This document shows positions 17,866-27,625 of a DNA stretch of 64,000 nucleotides, in pieces. The DNA is taken from contig JAHFFY010000001.1 in assembly GCA_023247705.1 (NCBI GenBank), forward strand, positions 33,358-97,357, read 5' to 3'. The stretch is from Candidatus Omnitrophota bacterium. Lineage in GTDB: Bacteria > Omnitrophota > Gorgyraeia > Zapsychrales > JAHFFX01. Position 1 is the first letter of the stretch. The number at the start of each line of letters is the position of its first letter. A program made the translations under genes and the position numbers. The notes below the pieces were generated by a model. That model saw nothing but the letters and a program-made list of their open reading frames with translations. It was not told where the DNA came from and searched no databases.

Positions 17866-18750
17866 ATGTATCTTCAATTTTACGGATTTCAGGAACCACC
17901 ATTTAATATTACCCCAAATTCGCGTTTCTTTTTTTCCAGCACAAAGCACACGGAAGCCTTGAGTACTCTTGTTTATGCGATTTCGGAACGCAAAGGGTTC
18001 GTTGTGATAACCGGGGATATCGGTTCCGGCAAAACAACCGTATGCCGGGCGCTGGTCAACAAGCTGGATTCAAGAACCCAAATTGCCTTGATTACAAACA
18101 CGCTGATGAGCGGGAGAGATTTGATTACGACCATTCTAGAAGATTTAGAAGTCGATTTTACCTCCGGATCCAAGGCCAAACTTCTTTCTCAATTGAATTC
18201 ATATCTGATCGAACAATTGCGAAGCAACAATAACGTCGTTTTAATCATTGATGAAGCCCAGAATTTAACACCTTCCGTGCTAGAAGAGGTCCGCTTGTTA
18301 TCCAATTTAGAAACTGAAAATGAGAAATTGATACAAATTATTTTTCTTGGGCAACCTGAGCTTAAGAAAAAATTAGCGTTAAGTAAATTAGAGCAGCTCA
18401 GACAGCGTATTGCGGTCTTTTATCACCTTTATCCATTAACACAAAAAGAAACTCATGAATATGTGCTCCATCGGTTGAAAGTCGCCAGTGGAAGTGATCG
18501 GAATTATTTGACTCCGGAGGCCTTGGAACTGGTCTATCAGTTTTCCAAAGGGATTCCGCGATTAGTTAATCAAATTTGTGATAGCGCGTTTTTAACCGGG
18601 TATATCAACGAATCCAAAATAATCGATGCGACGATTTTGAAAGAAGTCATTGCTGAATCTCCGATGACGTTAATCGGAGATGGCACGAAGAAGGATATCA
18701 ATGTCTCGTCTTTAGATGACGATCTGCCCAAGGCATGGCTACGCGGATAA
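17866..18750 (+). CDS. ExeA/GspA-like AAA ATPase (PEP-CTERM-locus secretion ATPase type)
   Basis: The N-terminus YGF.E.PF is typical of ExeA-like proteins. Walker A is GDIGSGKTT and Walker B is VLIIDEAQNL. Confidence 0.75.
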   Translation: MYLQFYGFQEPPFNITPNSRFFFSSTKHTEALSTLVYAISERKGFVVITGDIGSGKTTVCRALVNKLDSRTQIALITNTLMSGRDLITTILEDLEVDFTSGSKAKLLSQLNSYLIEQLRSNNNVVLIIDEAQNLTPSVLEEVRLLSNLETENEKLIQIIFLGQPELKKKLALSKLEQLRQRIAVFYHLYPLTQKETHEYVLHRLKVASGSDRNYLTPEALELVYQFSKGIPRLVNQICDSAFLTGYINESKIIDATILKEVIAESPMTLIGDGTKKDINVSSLDDDLPKAWLRG

Positions 18751-18805
18751 TCAACGTTTCTAGAAATGGAAAAGTATCTCAGTGATCTAGGGAGGATTTT
18801 AAGTT

Positions 18806-19522
18806 ATGAGCAAAGTCTTGAAAGCACAAAAAGAATTAGGCGAGGGAAGAAAGATCAAATTCAGTCTGTTGTCGTTGCCCCACGCTCACGATGATTTAAA
18901 TCATGGCGCTTCTTCAATGGCCACAGAAAACGAAGGGCTAGAATCTCCCGAGTCGACCCAATCCCAGCCATCTGCTAAAAACCATTCCAAAGAACGCAAT
19001 CATCTGGAATTTTCTGGAGAAAAGAAAAGATCCAATTTTAAGCATATGATGCCGGTTATTTTTTTGGTTGCAGTTTTTGGATTCTCCTTGATGATTTTTA
19101 GTTTGAAGATCCTGGAGGAATTAAAATCGTTAGAAACGGCATCCGCAGATATTCATAAGAATTTTCTTTCGCAAAATGCCAAATTGATCGAGTTGGAGCA
19201 TTCTTGGGAGGAGTTCAGAATGAAATCACTGAATGATATCACTCAGATCATCAATGACCAAGAGGATTTTATGCAAACCGCAAAAACATCACAAACCGCT
19301 TTATTTAAAGTCTCCAACAATGTGGCAGGTTTGAACTCTACGATCATGAACATGGAGAATAATTTACAGAAGAATCAAGAACGGCTTAATGAACTTTATT
19401 CAAGTCATTTAACCTTACAGACGATGGTGAGTGACATGAATGAGAGTGTACAGCAGATCCAAATGAAATTGGATACTAATCCTACTGAGGGAGTAAGAGG
19501 AAAAGAAAGTTCTGTCCAATAG
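18806..19522 (+). CDS. Single-pass membrane coiled-coil protein, unknown function
   Basis: A polar N-terminus, one TM (MMPVIFLVAVFGFSLMIFSL) and a C-terminal heptad-rich region. No family was recognised. Confidence 0.45.
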   Translation: MSKVLKAQKELGEGRKIKFSLLSLPHAHDDLNHGASSMATENEGLESPESTQSQPSAKNHSKERNHLEFSGEKKRSNFKHMMPVIFLVAVFGFSLMIFSLKILEELKSLETASADIHKNFLSQNAKLIELEHSWEEFRMKSLNDITQIINDQEDFMQTAKTSQTALFKVSNNVAGLNSTIMNMENNLQKNQERLNELYSSHLTLQTMVSDMNESVQQIQMKLDTNPTEGVRGKESSVQ

Positions 19523-19553
19523 ACAGTCATCTTAAGAAAGGGCAAAGACGAAC

Positions 19554-20339
19554 ATGGGAAAAATCACGAGTGCATTGAAAAAAGCCGCGGATGAACGGTT
19601 CCAAAGAATAGATAAGATCAATCGGATCAAAGAGCAAGATCGTTTAATTATTAAAAAAATGGGGTCTTCCAGCATTGATCCGCGATTAATCACTTATTTC
19701 GATCCCAAGGCACTGATTACGGAACAATATAAAATCTTGAGGACCAATTTTCTTTCCATCAATAAAGGCCGCCCCCCGAAAATCGTCGTGGTGACAAGTG
19801 CCTTGCATTCAGAAGGGAAGACAATTACTGCACTCAATTTAGCCATTGCTTTGGCGCAAACGACCAATAAACCAAGAATTCTGTTGATTGACGCCGATTT
19901 GCGCCGTGGCCGTATCGCTAAGTATCTCGGAGTTGACCAGAATTCAGGCTTAAGCGATCTTTTGAGCGCTAGAGCCTCGTTGGATCAAGTTTTATTCAGT
20001 ATTGATCTTGAGAATTTAAGTTTTATTGCGCCGGGATCTCCTCCGGAAAATCCCTCAGAGCTTCTTTCATCTGAAAATATGAAAACTTTACTGAATGAAG
20101 TCAAACACCAATTTGATTTTGTTTTGATTGATACTCCCCCCATTATTGCGGTGACTGATTCGGGAGTTTTAGGTTCTATGGTTGACGGTGTCCTTATGGT
20201 TGTGCAAGCTGGCCGAACCCAGCGCGGGATCATCAATCGGGCCACTGAACTTCTCGAGCAAGCTCACGCGAAATTGATAGGCCATGTGCTAACAAATATC
20301 GAATATCATCTTCCAGAATATATCTATCGGTATTTGTAA
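19554..20339 (+). CDS. BY-type protein tyrosine kinase (CpsD/CapB/EpsG-like)
   Basis: Walker A is SALHSEGKT, Walker A' is LLIDADLRR and Walker B is FVLIDTPP. The C-terminal tail is Tyr-rich (YHLPEYIYRYL). Confidence 0.8.
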   Translation: MGKITSALKKAADERFQRIDKINRIKEQDRLIIKKMGSSSIDPRLITYFDPKALITEQYKILRTNFLSINKGRPPKIVVVTSALHSEGKTITALNLAIALAQTTNKPRILLIDADLRRGRIAKYLGVDQNSGLSDLLSARASLDQVLFSIDLENLSFIAPGSPPENPSELLSSENMKTLLNEVKHQFDFVLIDTPPIIAVTDSGVLGSMVDGVLMVVQAGRTQRGIINRATELLEQAHAKLIGHVLTNIEYHLPEYIYRYL

Positions 20340-20403
20340 CAAAATTATATTTAACATATCGGAATTTATTACGAATTCATTTTAACGATCATCAAGAGGA
20401 GAG

Positions 20404-21381
20404 ATGATGGAAAAATATTTAATTACTGGTGGAGCTGGTTTTGTAGGATCTAACATTGCAGAGCATCTTATCCGGCAAGGACATTTCGTCCGGGTGCTGG
20501 ATAACTTCTATACGGGTAAAGAAGAGAATTTAGTTTTTACACAGAGCTTGGGCAAAAAACAGTTCGAATTGATCCGAGGCGATATTAGAGATAAATCCAT
20601 GTGTGAACAAGCGACTCAGGGAATGGATTATGTTCTTCACCAGGCCGCGTTGCGTTCGGTCCCGAAATCGCTGCAAGACCCCCAAAGTTATAATGATGTC
20701 AATATTAATGGGATTTTAACGATGTTGCAGGCGTCCGCGAAGAATAAAGTAAAACGGTTTGTATTCGCGTCTTCAAGTTCGGTCTATGGTGACACAACCA
20801 TCTTCCCTCAAACGGAAGAGCATCTACCGTTACTGATTTCTCCCTATGCCTTAAGTAAATTAGCCGGAGAATATTATTGCCGTATATTTTCTGAATTTTT
20901 TAATTTAGAAACGGTTTGTTTGCGTTATTTCAATATTTTTGGACCCAAGCAGGCGCTTGATGATGAATATGCCGTCGTGATTCCAAAATTTATACATTGT
21001 ATTCTGCATGATCAACCGCCGCCCATCTTCGGGACAGGGAAACAATCCAGAAATTTTACGTATATCGATAACGTGATATTGGCCAATATTCTTGCCGCGA
21101 CAACTCTGGGGATCAAACATGAGGTTTTCAACGTGGCCAGCGGAAAAGATAATACGGTATTAGAACTCGTTAGAGTCATCAATCAAGTTCTCAAGAAAAA
21201 TGTAGAGCCTAAATTTTTGCCGGTCAGAGCCGGCGACATTTTCAGAACAAACGCGGATCTTTCGAAAATTGAGAAGATTTTAAAATATAAGTCATTGGTC
21301 GATTTCCAGGATGGGATTGAAAGAACAATCAATTATTTCAGAACAAAATGGGCAAAAAATTATTCTGCTGCACAAAATTGA
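20404..21381 (+). CDS. NAD-dependent sugar-nucleotide epimerase/dehydratase (extended SDR, WbpP/TviC-like)
   Basis: GGAGFVGSN Rossmann motif and catalytic YALSK. Confidence 0.8.
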   Translation: MMEKYLITGGAGFVGSNIAEHLIRQGHFVRVLDNFYTGKEENLVFTQSLGKKQFELIRGDIRDKSMCEQATQGMDYVLHQAALRSVPKSLQDPQSYNDVNINGILTMLQASAKNKVKRFVFASSSSVYGDTTIFPQTEEHLPLLISPYALSKLAGEYYCRIFSEFFNLETVCLRYFNIFGPKQALDDEYAVVIPKFIHCILHDQPPPIFGTGKQSRNFTYIDNVILANILAATTLGIKHEVFNVASGKDNTVLELVRVINQVLKKNVEPKFLPVRAGDIFRTNADLSKIEKILKYKSLVDFQDGIERTINYFRTKWAKNYSAAQN

Positions 21382-21493
21382 TGGGATTTTACAGTTTTGT
21401 GTAGCAATATTTTCTCCAGAGAATATTGCTGCGAAGCAAAAGAAACCAGTCCGATTGCTTTCGTGAAGGAGAATAATTTAATTCCTTGAAACC

Positions 21494-22528
21494 ATGATCA
21501 TTCAATACTTAAAATCAAAGCTAAAGTTGCTAGTCTGTCATTTTATTCTGTATTCCGGAATTCTGCATTGTTATATTGAATTCGTTTACAAAAGACGAAG
21601 ATCTTTTCCTCTTATTATCATCAACTACCACGGATTTTTTACGAATATTGATCAGCTAATCGATTCCGGACATTCGGTCTCACACCGGATTAGTGATTTC
21701 AGGAAAGAACTTAAATTTTTACGGCGATACTTTAAGCTGATCTCGCTCGATGAAGCTGTCCAGGCCCTGAAGAAGAACAAACAGTTCGACCAGCCAACCA
21801 TCACCCTGACCGTGGATGATGGATATAAGAATAATTTTGAAATCCTTTTTCCTGTTTTAAAAGAAACCAATACGCCGATCACCATATTTTTAACGGCCGG
21901 TTTAATCGGAACAAAAGACAGAACCTGGGTGAGCCAGATGGGAGATATGATTTTAAAAGCTTCTGGGGAATCGCTTAAACTTAACGGGCTTTTCTCCAAA
22001 CAATCCTTTTCCCTGAAATCATTGGCGGACAAACGTCGGACATACGCGAAGATTTTAGGGAAATTGAAAGATTTATCAAATTCCGACCGGAATCAATATC
22101 TGAAAGAAATTGAACATCTGCTCGGTGGTGTGACGTACGATACTCCGGATATGTTGAACTGGGATGATGCGCGTATGATGCAAAAGCATAATGTGTTTTT
22201 CGGCGCCCATACCTGTAACCATCCGATCCTTACCAATATTCCCTTGGAAGAAGCCAAAAAAGAAATCCTGGATTCTAAGAAAATGATTGAGAAAGAATTA
22301 GGCGTTCCGGTCAAGCATTTTGCCTATCCGAATGGCCGGCCGAGAGATTTTAATGAAGAGTTGCGTCAATACTGTAAAGAAATCGGTCTGGAAAGCATTG
22401 CCACGTGTGATTACGGTCATAATCATCGTCCGGATGATATCTGGGCGTTAAAACGCATCGGTCCGCCTTTGCCGGTCAGTATTTATGCGTTCAATATTTT
22501 TCGGGCGTTATTGAAGAGAGGTTCGTGA
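21494..22528 (+). CDS. Polysaccharide deacetylase (NodB-type) with N-terminal TM
   Basis: TVDDGY, HTCNHP and YPNGR motifs are present. Confidence 0.75.
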   Translation: MIIQYLKSKLKLLVCHFILYSGILHCYIEFVYKRRRSFPLIIINYHGFFTNIDQLIDSGHSVSHRISDFRKELKFLRRYFKLISLDEAVQALKKNKQFDQPTITLTVDDGYKNNFEILFPVLKETNTPITIFLTAGLIGTKDRTWVSQMGDMILKASGESLKLNGLFSKQSFSLKSLADKRRTYAKILGKLKDLSNSDRNQYLKEIEHLLGGVTYDTPDMLNWDDARMMQKHNVFFGAHTCNHPILTNIPLEEAKKEILDSKKMIEKELGVPVKHFAYPNGRPRDFNEELRQYCKEIGLESIATCDYGHNHRPDDIWALKRIGPPLPVSIYAFNIFRALLKRGS

Positions 22529-23730
22529 TGGCAAAAAGATATTCGATTCCAGCAATTGTTTTAGGGATGACCGCCAATGGGTTGGGGGTGGTTCGGTCTT
22601 TGGCCCGTAACGGCGTTAAGGTTTATGCCCTGGATTCCTATATTCATCGTCCGGCGATGAAGACACGATATGCGACCTGCTTAAGCTGTCCGGACGTTCA
22701 AAAGAATCCGAAAGCGTTTAGCAGTTTTCTATTAAAACTAACCGATGAGGTAGGGGGAAAGGCCGTTCTGTTTCCTACCAGCGACGCGCACAACGAATAT
22801 GTGAATGAATACCGCAACCTTCTCGACCCTTCGTTATTCTTCTCGATCTCTCCCAAACCCGTCATGGACCAATTGCTGAACAAAAAAGGTCAATATGAAA
22901 TAGCTGTTCGTTATGGAATTCCATCTCCAAAAACATTTTTTCCCGAGACCATTGAACAGATCGAAAAAATATCCCAAGAATTAAAATATCCCGTGATCCT
23001 TAAGGGGCTGAGCACAGGCAATTGGCGCGCCAGGTTCGGTGATCAGAAAGCTGTTGTGGTCAAGACGTCTCAAGAACTGATTGAATCGTATCGTTCGATC
23101 CATCAAATCGGCCAGATTGAAACGATTCTGCAAGAGATTATCCCGGGCGAGGACACAAGGCACTATAAAATTTGCGTCTACATGAATAAGGCCGGCGAAC
23201 CGCTTTTGACATTTACACTACAAAAAATCCGTCAGTATCCCTGTGATTTCGGCATTGGATCCAGTGTCATCAGCGTTTGGATCCCCGAAATTGCTGAGAT
23301 GGGAATTAAATTTATGAAAAAGATGGGGTATTGTGGCGTGGGTTCGATTGAGTTTAAAAAAGACACTCGCGATGAACAGTTTAAGATGATCGAGATCAAT
23401 CCCCGGCTCTGGGCGCAAAACAGCCTTCCGGAAGCCTGTGGACAGAATTTCGCGTTCACGGCCTATCTGGATCTTCTGGGAGAAAAGGTTGAGGCCAAAG
23501 CAAAATTCAAGGAAGGAATAAAATGGATTGCCCTCAACGTTGATCGTGCCTCATTTAAAGGTTATCTTGCCCAGGGCAGGATCACCTGGGGAAAATGGCT
23601 GAAAAGTATTTTAACGGGCCGCCGGACATGGGCGATTTGGGCGATGGATGATCCGATGCCGTTTTTGACGGCCATTAAGTTCGGATTTTTACCTTTTGAA
23701 AAAGTCATTTCCCGTTTACAACGAAAATAA
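22528..23730 (+). CDS. ATP-grasp enzyme (carboxylate-amine ligase type)
   Basis: YPVILKG, LQEIIPG and EINPRLW are ATP-grasp hallmarks. The start is ATG 22528 or GTG 22525, overlapping the upstream stop. Confidence 0.7.
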   Translation: MAKRYSIPAIVLGMTANGLGVVRSLARNGVKVYALDSYIHRPAMKTRYATCLSCPDVQKNPKAFSSFLLKLTDEVGGKAVLFPTSDAHNEYVNEYRNLLDPSLFFSISPKPVMDQLLNKKGQYEIAVRYGIPSPKTFFPETIEQIEKISQELKYPVILKGLSTGNWRARFGDQKAVVVKTSQELIESYRSIHQIGQIETILQEIIPGEDTRHYKICVYMNKAGEPLLTFTLQKIRQYPCDFGIGSSVISVWIPEIAEMGIKFMKKMGYCGVGSIEFKKDTRDEQFKMIEINPRLWAQNSLPEACGQNFAFTAYLDLLGEKVEAKAKFKEGIKWIALNVDRASFKGYLAQGRITWGKWLKSILTGRRTWAIWAMDDPMPFLTAIKFGFLPFEKVISRLQRK

Positions 23731-23750
23731 CCCGGCTGGGCAAAGAACCG

Positions 23751-24851
23751 ATGGACAATTCCGAAATTCAGACAACAACGATCAAAAACGTCGAATCATT
23801 CATAAAATTACGCACCGAATGGAACGACCTTCTTAAAGAAACCGGAAATCAGACCCCGTTTATCCGGCATGAATGGTTAAGCGCCTGGTGGACCGCTTAT
23901 GGGAAAGACAAAGAACTCTGTGTCGTCTGCTTTAAAAAAGGCGGACGATTGGTCGGATTTATTCCTTTAATGCGCTATCAAAGCAAATTCTTGGGAATGA
24001 ATCTCGCGGTCCTCGGCTTCATGGCGAATCATTGGGTGGAGCTCGACATCGTTGCTACTGCGGCCGAACGGGAAGATTGTCTTAAGAATTTCTTGAAGAT
24101 GGTGCAAAAAGAAAAACGGATGGTCATCCTTTCGCACTTTTGCGAGACATCGCCGGTATTTGAACGCTGGCTGGAGCTTCTTTCTCAAGCCTCATTAAAA
24201 TTCAAGCTTAAAAAGATGTCCGTGCCGTATATCAAACTTGAAGACTCCTGGGAAGGATATTTAAAGAAACGGACGTATCGGTTTCGCGCGGAATATAAGA
24301 AGAAGTTTAAGAGTCTGAAAGAAAAAGGCACATACCAGCTTGTACGCTACCAAAAGAATTCCGACTTTAACGACGCCTTAAAACAGGCCGAGGAGATTGT
24401 GGTCAACAGCTGGCAAGGTAAAAACGGGGTGGCGATCCTCTCCCAAGAGGAAGGAAAATTTTTTTATCAAGAATTGATCAAGACTTGGGGACCGCTGGAG
24501 CAGATCGATATATCGATTTTGAAACTAGACGACAAACCGCTCGCGTATCTCATCGGATTCATCGCGGAGGGATGTTTTCATGTATTCGATACCGGGTACG
24601 ACGATAATTACAAAAATGATTCACCGGGCATGGTCATCCATAATCTTTTGCTGGAGATCCTGCATTCAAGCGGCCTGAAAGAATTTAATTTCGGTTATAT
24701 GGCCGATTATAAAAAGCGTTGGACCGAAGACGCACGCGTCATCTCCGACTGCTTGATCTTCGCCAAAGGCCCGATGGGAGAAGTGCTTTGGCAGGCCAAC
24801 CGTTTAAAGGAACGAATCAAAAACAAGAAAGTGGAAGTTGCCAAAGATTAA
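23751..24851 (+). CDS. FemAB-related / CelD-like GNAT acyltransferase (PEP-CTERM-locus type)
   Basis: About 366 aa with a C-terminal GNAT-like fold region (ISILKLDDKPLAYLIGF.....FDTGYD) and a typical neighbourhood (deacetylase plus ATP-grasp). Confidence 0.6.
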   Translation: MDNSEIQTTTIKNVESFIKLRTEWNDLLKETGNQTPFIRHEWLSAWWTAYGKDKELCVVCFKKGGRLVGFIPLMRYQSKFLGMNLAVLGFMANHWVELDIVATAAEREDCLKNFLKMVQKEKRMVILSHFCETSPVFERWLELLSQASLKFKLKKMSVPYIKLEDSWEGYLKKRTYRFRAEYKKKFKSLKEKGTYQLVRYQKNSDFNDALKQAEEIVVNSWQGKNGVAILSQEEGKFFYQELIKTWGPLEQIDISILKLDDKPLAYLIGFIAEGCFHVFDTGYDDNYKNDSPGMVIHNLLLEILHSSGLKEFNFGYMADYKKRWTEDARVISDCLIFAKGPMGEVLWQANRLKERIKNKKVEVAKD

Positions 24852-24890
24852 TCGCTCTGATTAAACAGCTTTAGAATAGGAAGGGAGAAT

Positions 24891-25676
24891 ATGAAGCAGA
24901 TATTGGAACAAATCTTAAAATACCGCGACCTCTTGTTCATGCTGACCTTAAGAGACATCAAGATCCGCTACAAGCAGGCGGTCATGGGATTCTTGTGGGC
25001 CATTTTCATGCCGATGGTGGCGGTGGCATCAGGACTTTTGATCAAAAAGGCCATGTCCGTCGTTTCGGGAAAACCAATGGATTTAGCGAGTGTTGTTTCG
25101 ATATCGGTCAAAGTCCTTCCCTGGACGTTTTTTGTGAGCGCGATCAAATTTTCGGTTCAAACACTGGTTGGAAACAGCAATTTAGTGACCAAGATTTATT
25201 TCCCGCGGGTTGTGCTGCCGTTGTCTTCGATTTTGGCCTGTCTTTTTGATTTTGGTATCGCGATTCTTGTTTTGAGCGTCCTTTTGATCATTGCCAAGAT
25301 TGGTATCAGTGTTTACATCCTATGGTTGCCGATTGTTCTTTTCTTGCTGGTTTTGTTTACCGCAGGAACAGGGATCCTCTTAGCTTCGATCAATCTGTTT
25401 TTGCGAGATGTTAAATATATTGTAGAAGTCATCTTGATGTTCGGGATATTTTTTACACCAGTTTTCTATGACGCCAGCAGCGTTGGCGAATGGAAAATAT
25501 TTTTATTGTTAAATCCGATCGGAAGTTTATTGGAGTCGATCAATCGGGTTGTGGTACTTCATCAGATGCCTGATTTATTCTGGCTGACGTACGCAGGGTT
25601 TTGTTCCGTCGTGATATTTTTTTTAGGGATTATTATTTTTCATAGACAGGAACCTTATTTTGCCGAGAATATATAA
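24891..25676 (+). CDS. wzm: ABC-2 type polysaccharide exporter permease
   Basis: Six predicted TM helices, with the characteristic N-terminus RDIKIRYKQAVMGFLWAI. Confidence 0.8.
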   Translation: MKQILEQILKYRDLLFMLTLRDIKIRYKQAVMGFLWAIFMPMVAVASGLLIKKAMSVVSGKPMDLASVVSISVKVLPWTFFVSAIKFSVQTLVGNSNLVTKIYFPRVVLPLSSILACLFDFGIAILVLSVLLIIAKIGISVYILWLPIVLFLLVLFTAGTGILLASINLFLRDVKYIVEVILMFGIFFTPVFYDASSVGEWKIFLLLNPIGSLLESINRVVVLHQMPDLFWLTYAGFCSVVIFFLGIIIFHRQEPYFAENI

Positions 25677-25690
25677 AATTGGAGAAATAA

Positions 25691-26926
25691 ATGGGCATAG
25701 CGATAGAGTTTAATGACGTTTGGAAAAAATTTAGGAGGGGAGAGAAACGGAATTCGCTACGCGATGCGGTGCCTTACTTGTTCAAGAAAATCTCCCAAAA
25801 AAACGATAGTTTAGAGAGTAAAGAGTTCTGGGCCGTCCAAGGAGTCAGTTTTGATATTGCCAAAGGGGACGTTGTTGGCATTATGGGACCCAATGGCGCT
25901 GGAAAAAGCACTATTCTCAAATTACTTTCCCAAATAATCATTCCTAACAAAGGGGAAATGAAAATTAACGGAAAACTTTCCGCCCTTATTGAAGTCACGG
26001 CGGGATTTCATTCTGACTTAACCGGAAGAGAAAATGTTTACTTAAACGGCACCATATTAGGAATGAAGAAACGGGAAATTGATAAAAAATTTGATGCGAT
26101 TGCTGAGTTTTCCGGAGTCAGTGAATTCATTGATACTCCGGTCAAGCGGTATTCCTCCGGAATGTGCTCCCGGCTTGGATTCTCGGTGGCGGCGCATATG
26201 GATCCAGATATTCTTTTAGTGGATGAAGTATTGTCGGTTGGGGATATTTCATTCCAGGCTAAATGCGCTCAGAAGATGAGAGAGCTTTTGAAATCCGGTT
26301 CGACGATTGTTTTGGTTTCCCATCATCTTTCACTCATTCAAAGTCTGTGCAAACGGGTCATACTGCTGAACCGCGGCGAAGTCTTGAAGGATGGACTGAC
26401 CGATGAAGTAATCCCTTATTATGAAAATTTGGTTTTTAAGAGTCAGGAAGAAGATTTAAAGAAGAAAATAACGTCCTCCTCAAATTATAAGGTTCGAGTT
26501 AAGGCGGACATTGCTGTTGAAATCAGCGGCTGTCAGATAACCGACGGGCAGAAGAAACAGAAAAATACTTATCACAGTTTGGATGAGATTAATCTCAAGC
26601 TTGAGTATACCGCGCAAAAAAAGATTGATCAGCCGGTTTTTTGTATTGAAATTATTCGGGCGGATGGTGTCCTTTGCTGTACGTCAAGGACGAAGGATAC
26701 GGGTTTTGTCATTCCTTATATTGAAGGTAAAGGCAGGATTGATGTGAATTTAAGAGCGATGAATTTAGGACCAGGTATTTATATGTTAAAGATTTCCGTG
26801 TGGGATAAAGATCTCATTCATCCGTTTGCGGTCCGGCATTCCGATGTCTTGCGCATTGAAGCCGAACGAGGCTATATAGACTCGGGGGCTGTGTTTATAC
26901 CCCAATCTCAATGGAATCAGGAATAA
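25691..26926 (+). CDS. wzt: ABC polysaccharide exporter ATPase with C-terminal substrate-binding extension
   Basis: Walker A GPNGAGKST, signature YSSGM and Walker B ILLVDE. About 160 further residues follow the NBD, as in Wzt proteins carrying a glycan-terminus-binding domain. Confidence 0.8.
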   Translation: MGIAIEFNDVWKKFRRGEKRNSLRDAVPYLFKKISQKNDSLESKEFWAVQGVSFDIAKGDVVGIMGPNGAGKSTILKLLSQIIIPNKGEMKINGKLSALIEVTAGFHSDLTGRENVYLNGTILGMKKREIDKKFDAIAEFSGVSEFIDTPVKRYSSGMCSRLGFSVAAHMDPDILLVDEVLSVGDISFQAKCAQKMRELLKSGSTIVLVSHHLSLIQSLCKRVILLNRGEVLKDGLTDEVIPYYENLVFKSQEEDLKKKITSSSNYKVRVKADIAVEISGCQITDGQKKQKNTYHSLDEINLKLEYTAQKKIDQPVFCIEIIRADGVLCCTSRTKDTGFVIPYIEGKGRIDVNLRAMNLGPGIYMLKISVWDKDLIHPFAVRHSDVLRIEAERGYIDSGAVFIPQSQWNQE

Positions 26927-26929
26927 GGT

Positions 26930-27619
26930 ATGCCGAAAATGCTGTTAGAAAATTTCCAGAAAATCCAAAATAGAATCATCGACTTTAAAAACAATAAAAA
27001 ATATCGTGCAATCTACGAAGAATTTAAAGACTACACGATAATTCCCAAAGAAACTTACATCGATAATTTAATCCTAGCCGATATTTACCGTAAAGTTGAT
27101 GGTGCAATCGTTGAATGTGGCGTTTGGCGAGGCGGAATGATTGCCGGGATTGCAAAATTGTTCTCGGATCAACGTGATTATTACTTGTTTGACAGTTTTG
27201 AAGGATTACCTCAAGCCAGGGACGTCGATGGGGAAGATACCATTCAGTGGCAGAAAGATCAAGACAATACGATGAAAGCAGAGATTGATTTTGCGCAAAA
27301 GGCTATGCGCTTATCCGGGACAAGAAATTATCATTTCATCAAAGGTTGGTTTAAAGACACTCTTCCAAAATTTAAGATGGATACTAAGATCGCCATCCTG
27401 AGATTAGATGGTGATTTATACGATTCAACCATGGACTGCCTCACGTATCTTTATCCTTTCTTGTCTGATGATGGGATCATCATTGTGGATGATTATTATT
27501 TCTGGGAAGGTTGTACAAAAGCAGTGCATGATTATTTATCAAAGCATCAACTGTGTTCCAGACTTAGACAGTTCGGTTGTTCTGTTTGCTATCTGATCAA
27601 AAAAGATAAGAAAATTTAA
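26930..27619 (+). CDS. TylF/MycF-family SAM-dependent O-methyltransferase
   Basis: CGVWRGG, DSFEGLP and LRLDGDLYDST motifs are present. Confidence 0.75.
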   Translation: MPKMLLENFQKIQNRIIDFKNNKKYRAIYEEFKDYTIIPKETYIDNLILADIYRKVDGAIVECGVWRGGMIAGIAKLFSDQRDYYLFDSFEGLPQARDVDGEDTIQWQKDQDNTMKAEIDFAQKAMRLSGTRNYHFIKGWFKDTLPKFKMDTKIAILRLDGDLYDSTMDCLTYLYPFLSDDGIIIVDDYYFWEGCTKAVHDYLSKHQLCSRLRQFGCSVCYLIKKDKKI

Positions 27620-27625
27620 TGTGAT

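Noticed and set aside
21404-21429. An 11-bp hairpin (GCAATATTTTC-tcca-GAGAATATTGC) after the epimerase gene, considered as a terminator.
   Set aside because: No T-tract follows it, and the downstream genes continue on the same strand. At most it is an intercistronic stabiliser, so it was not called.
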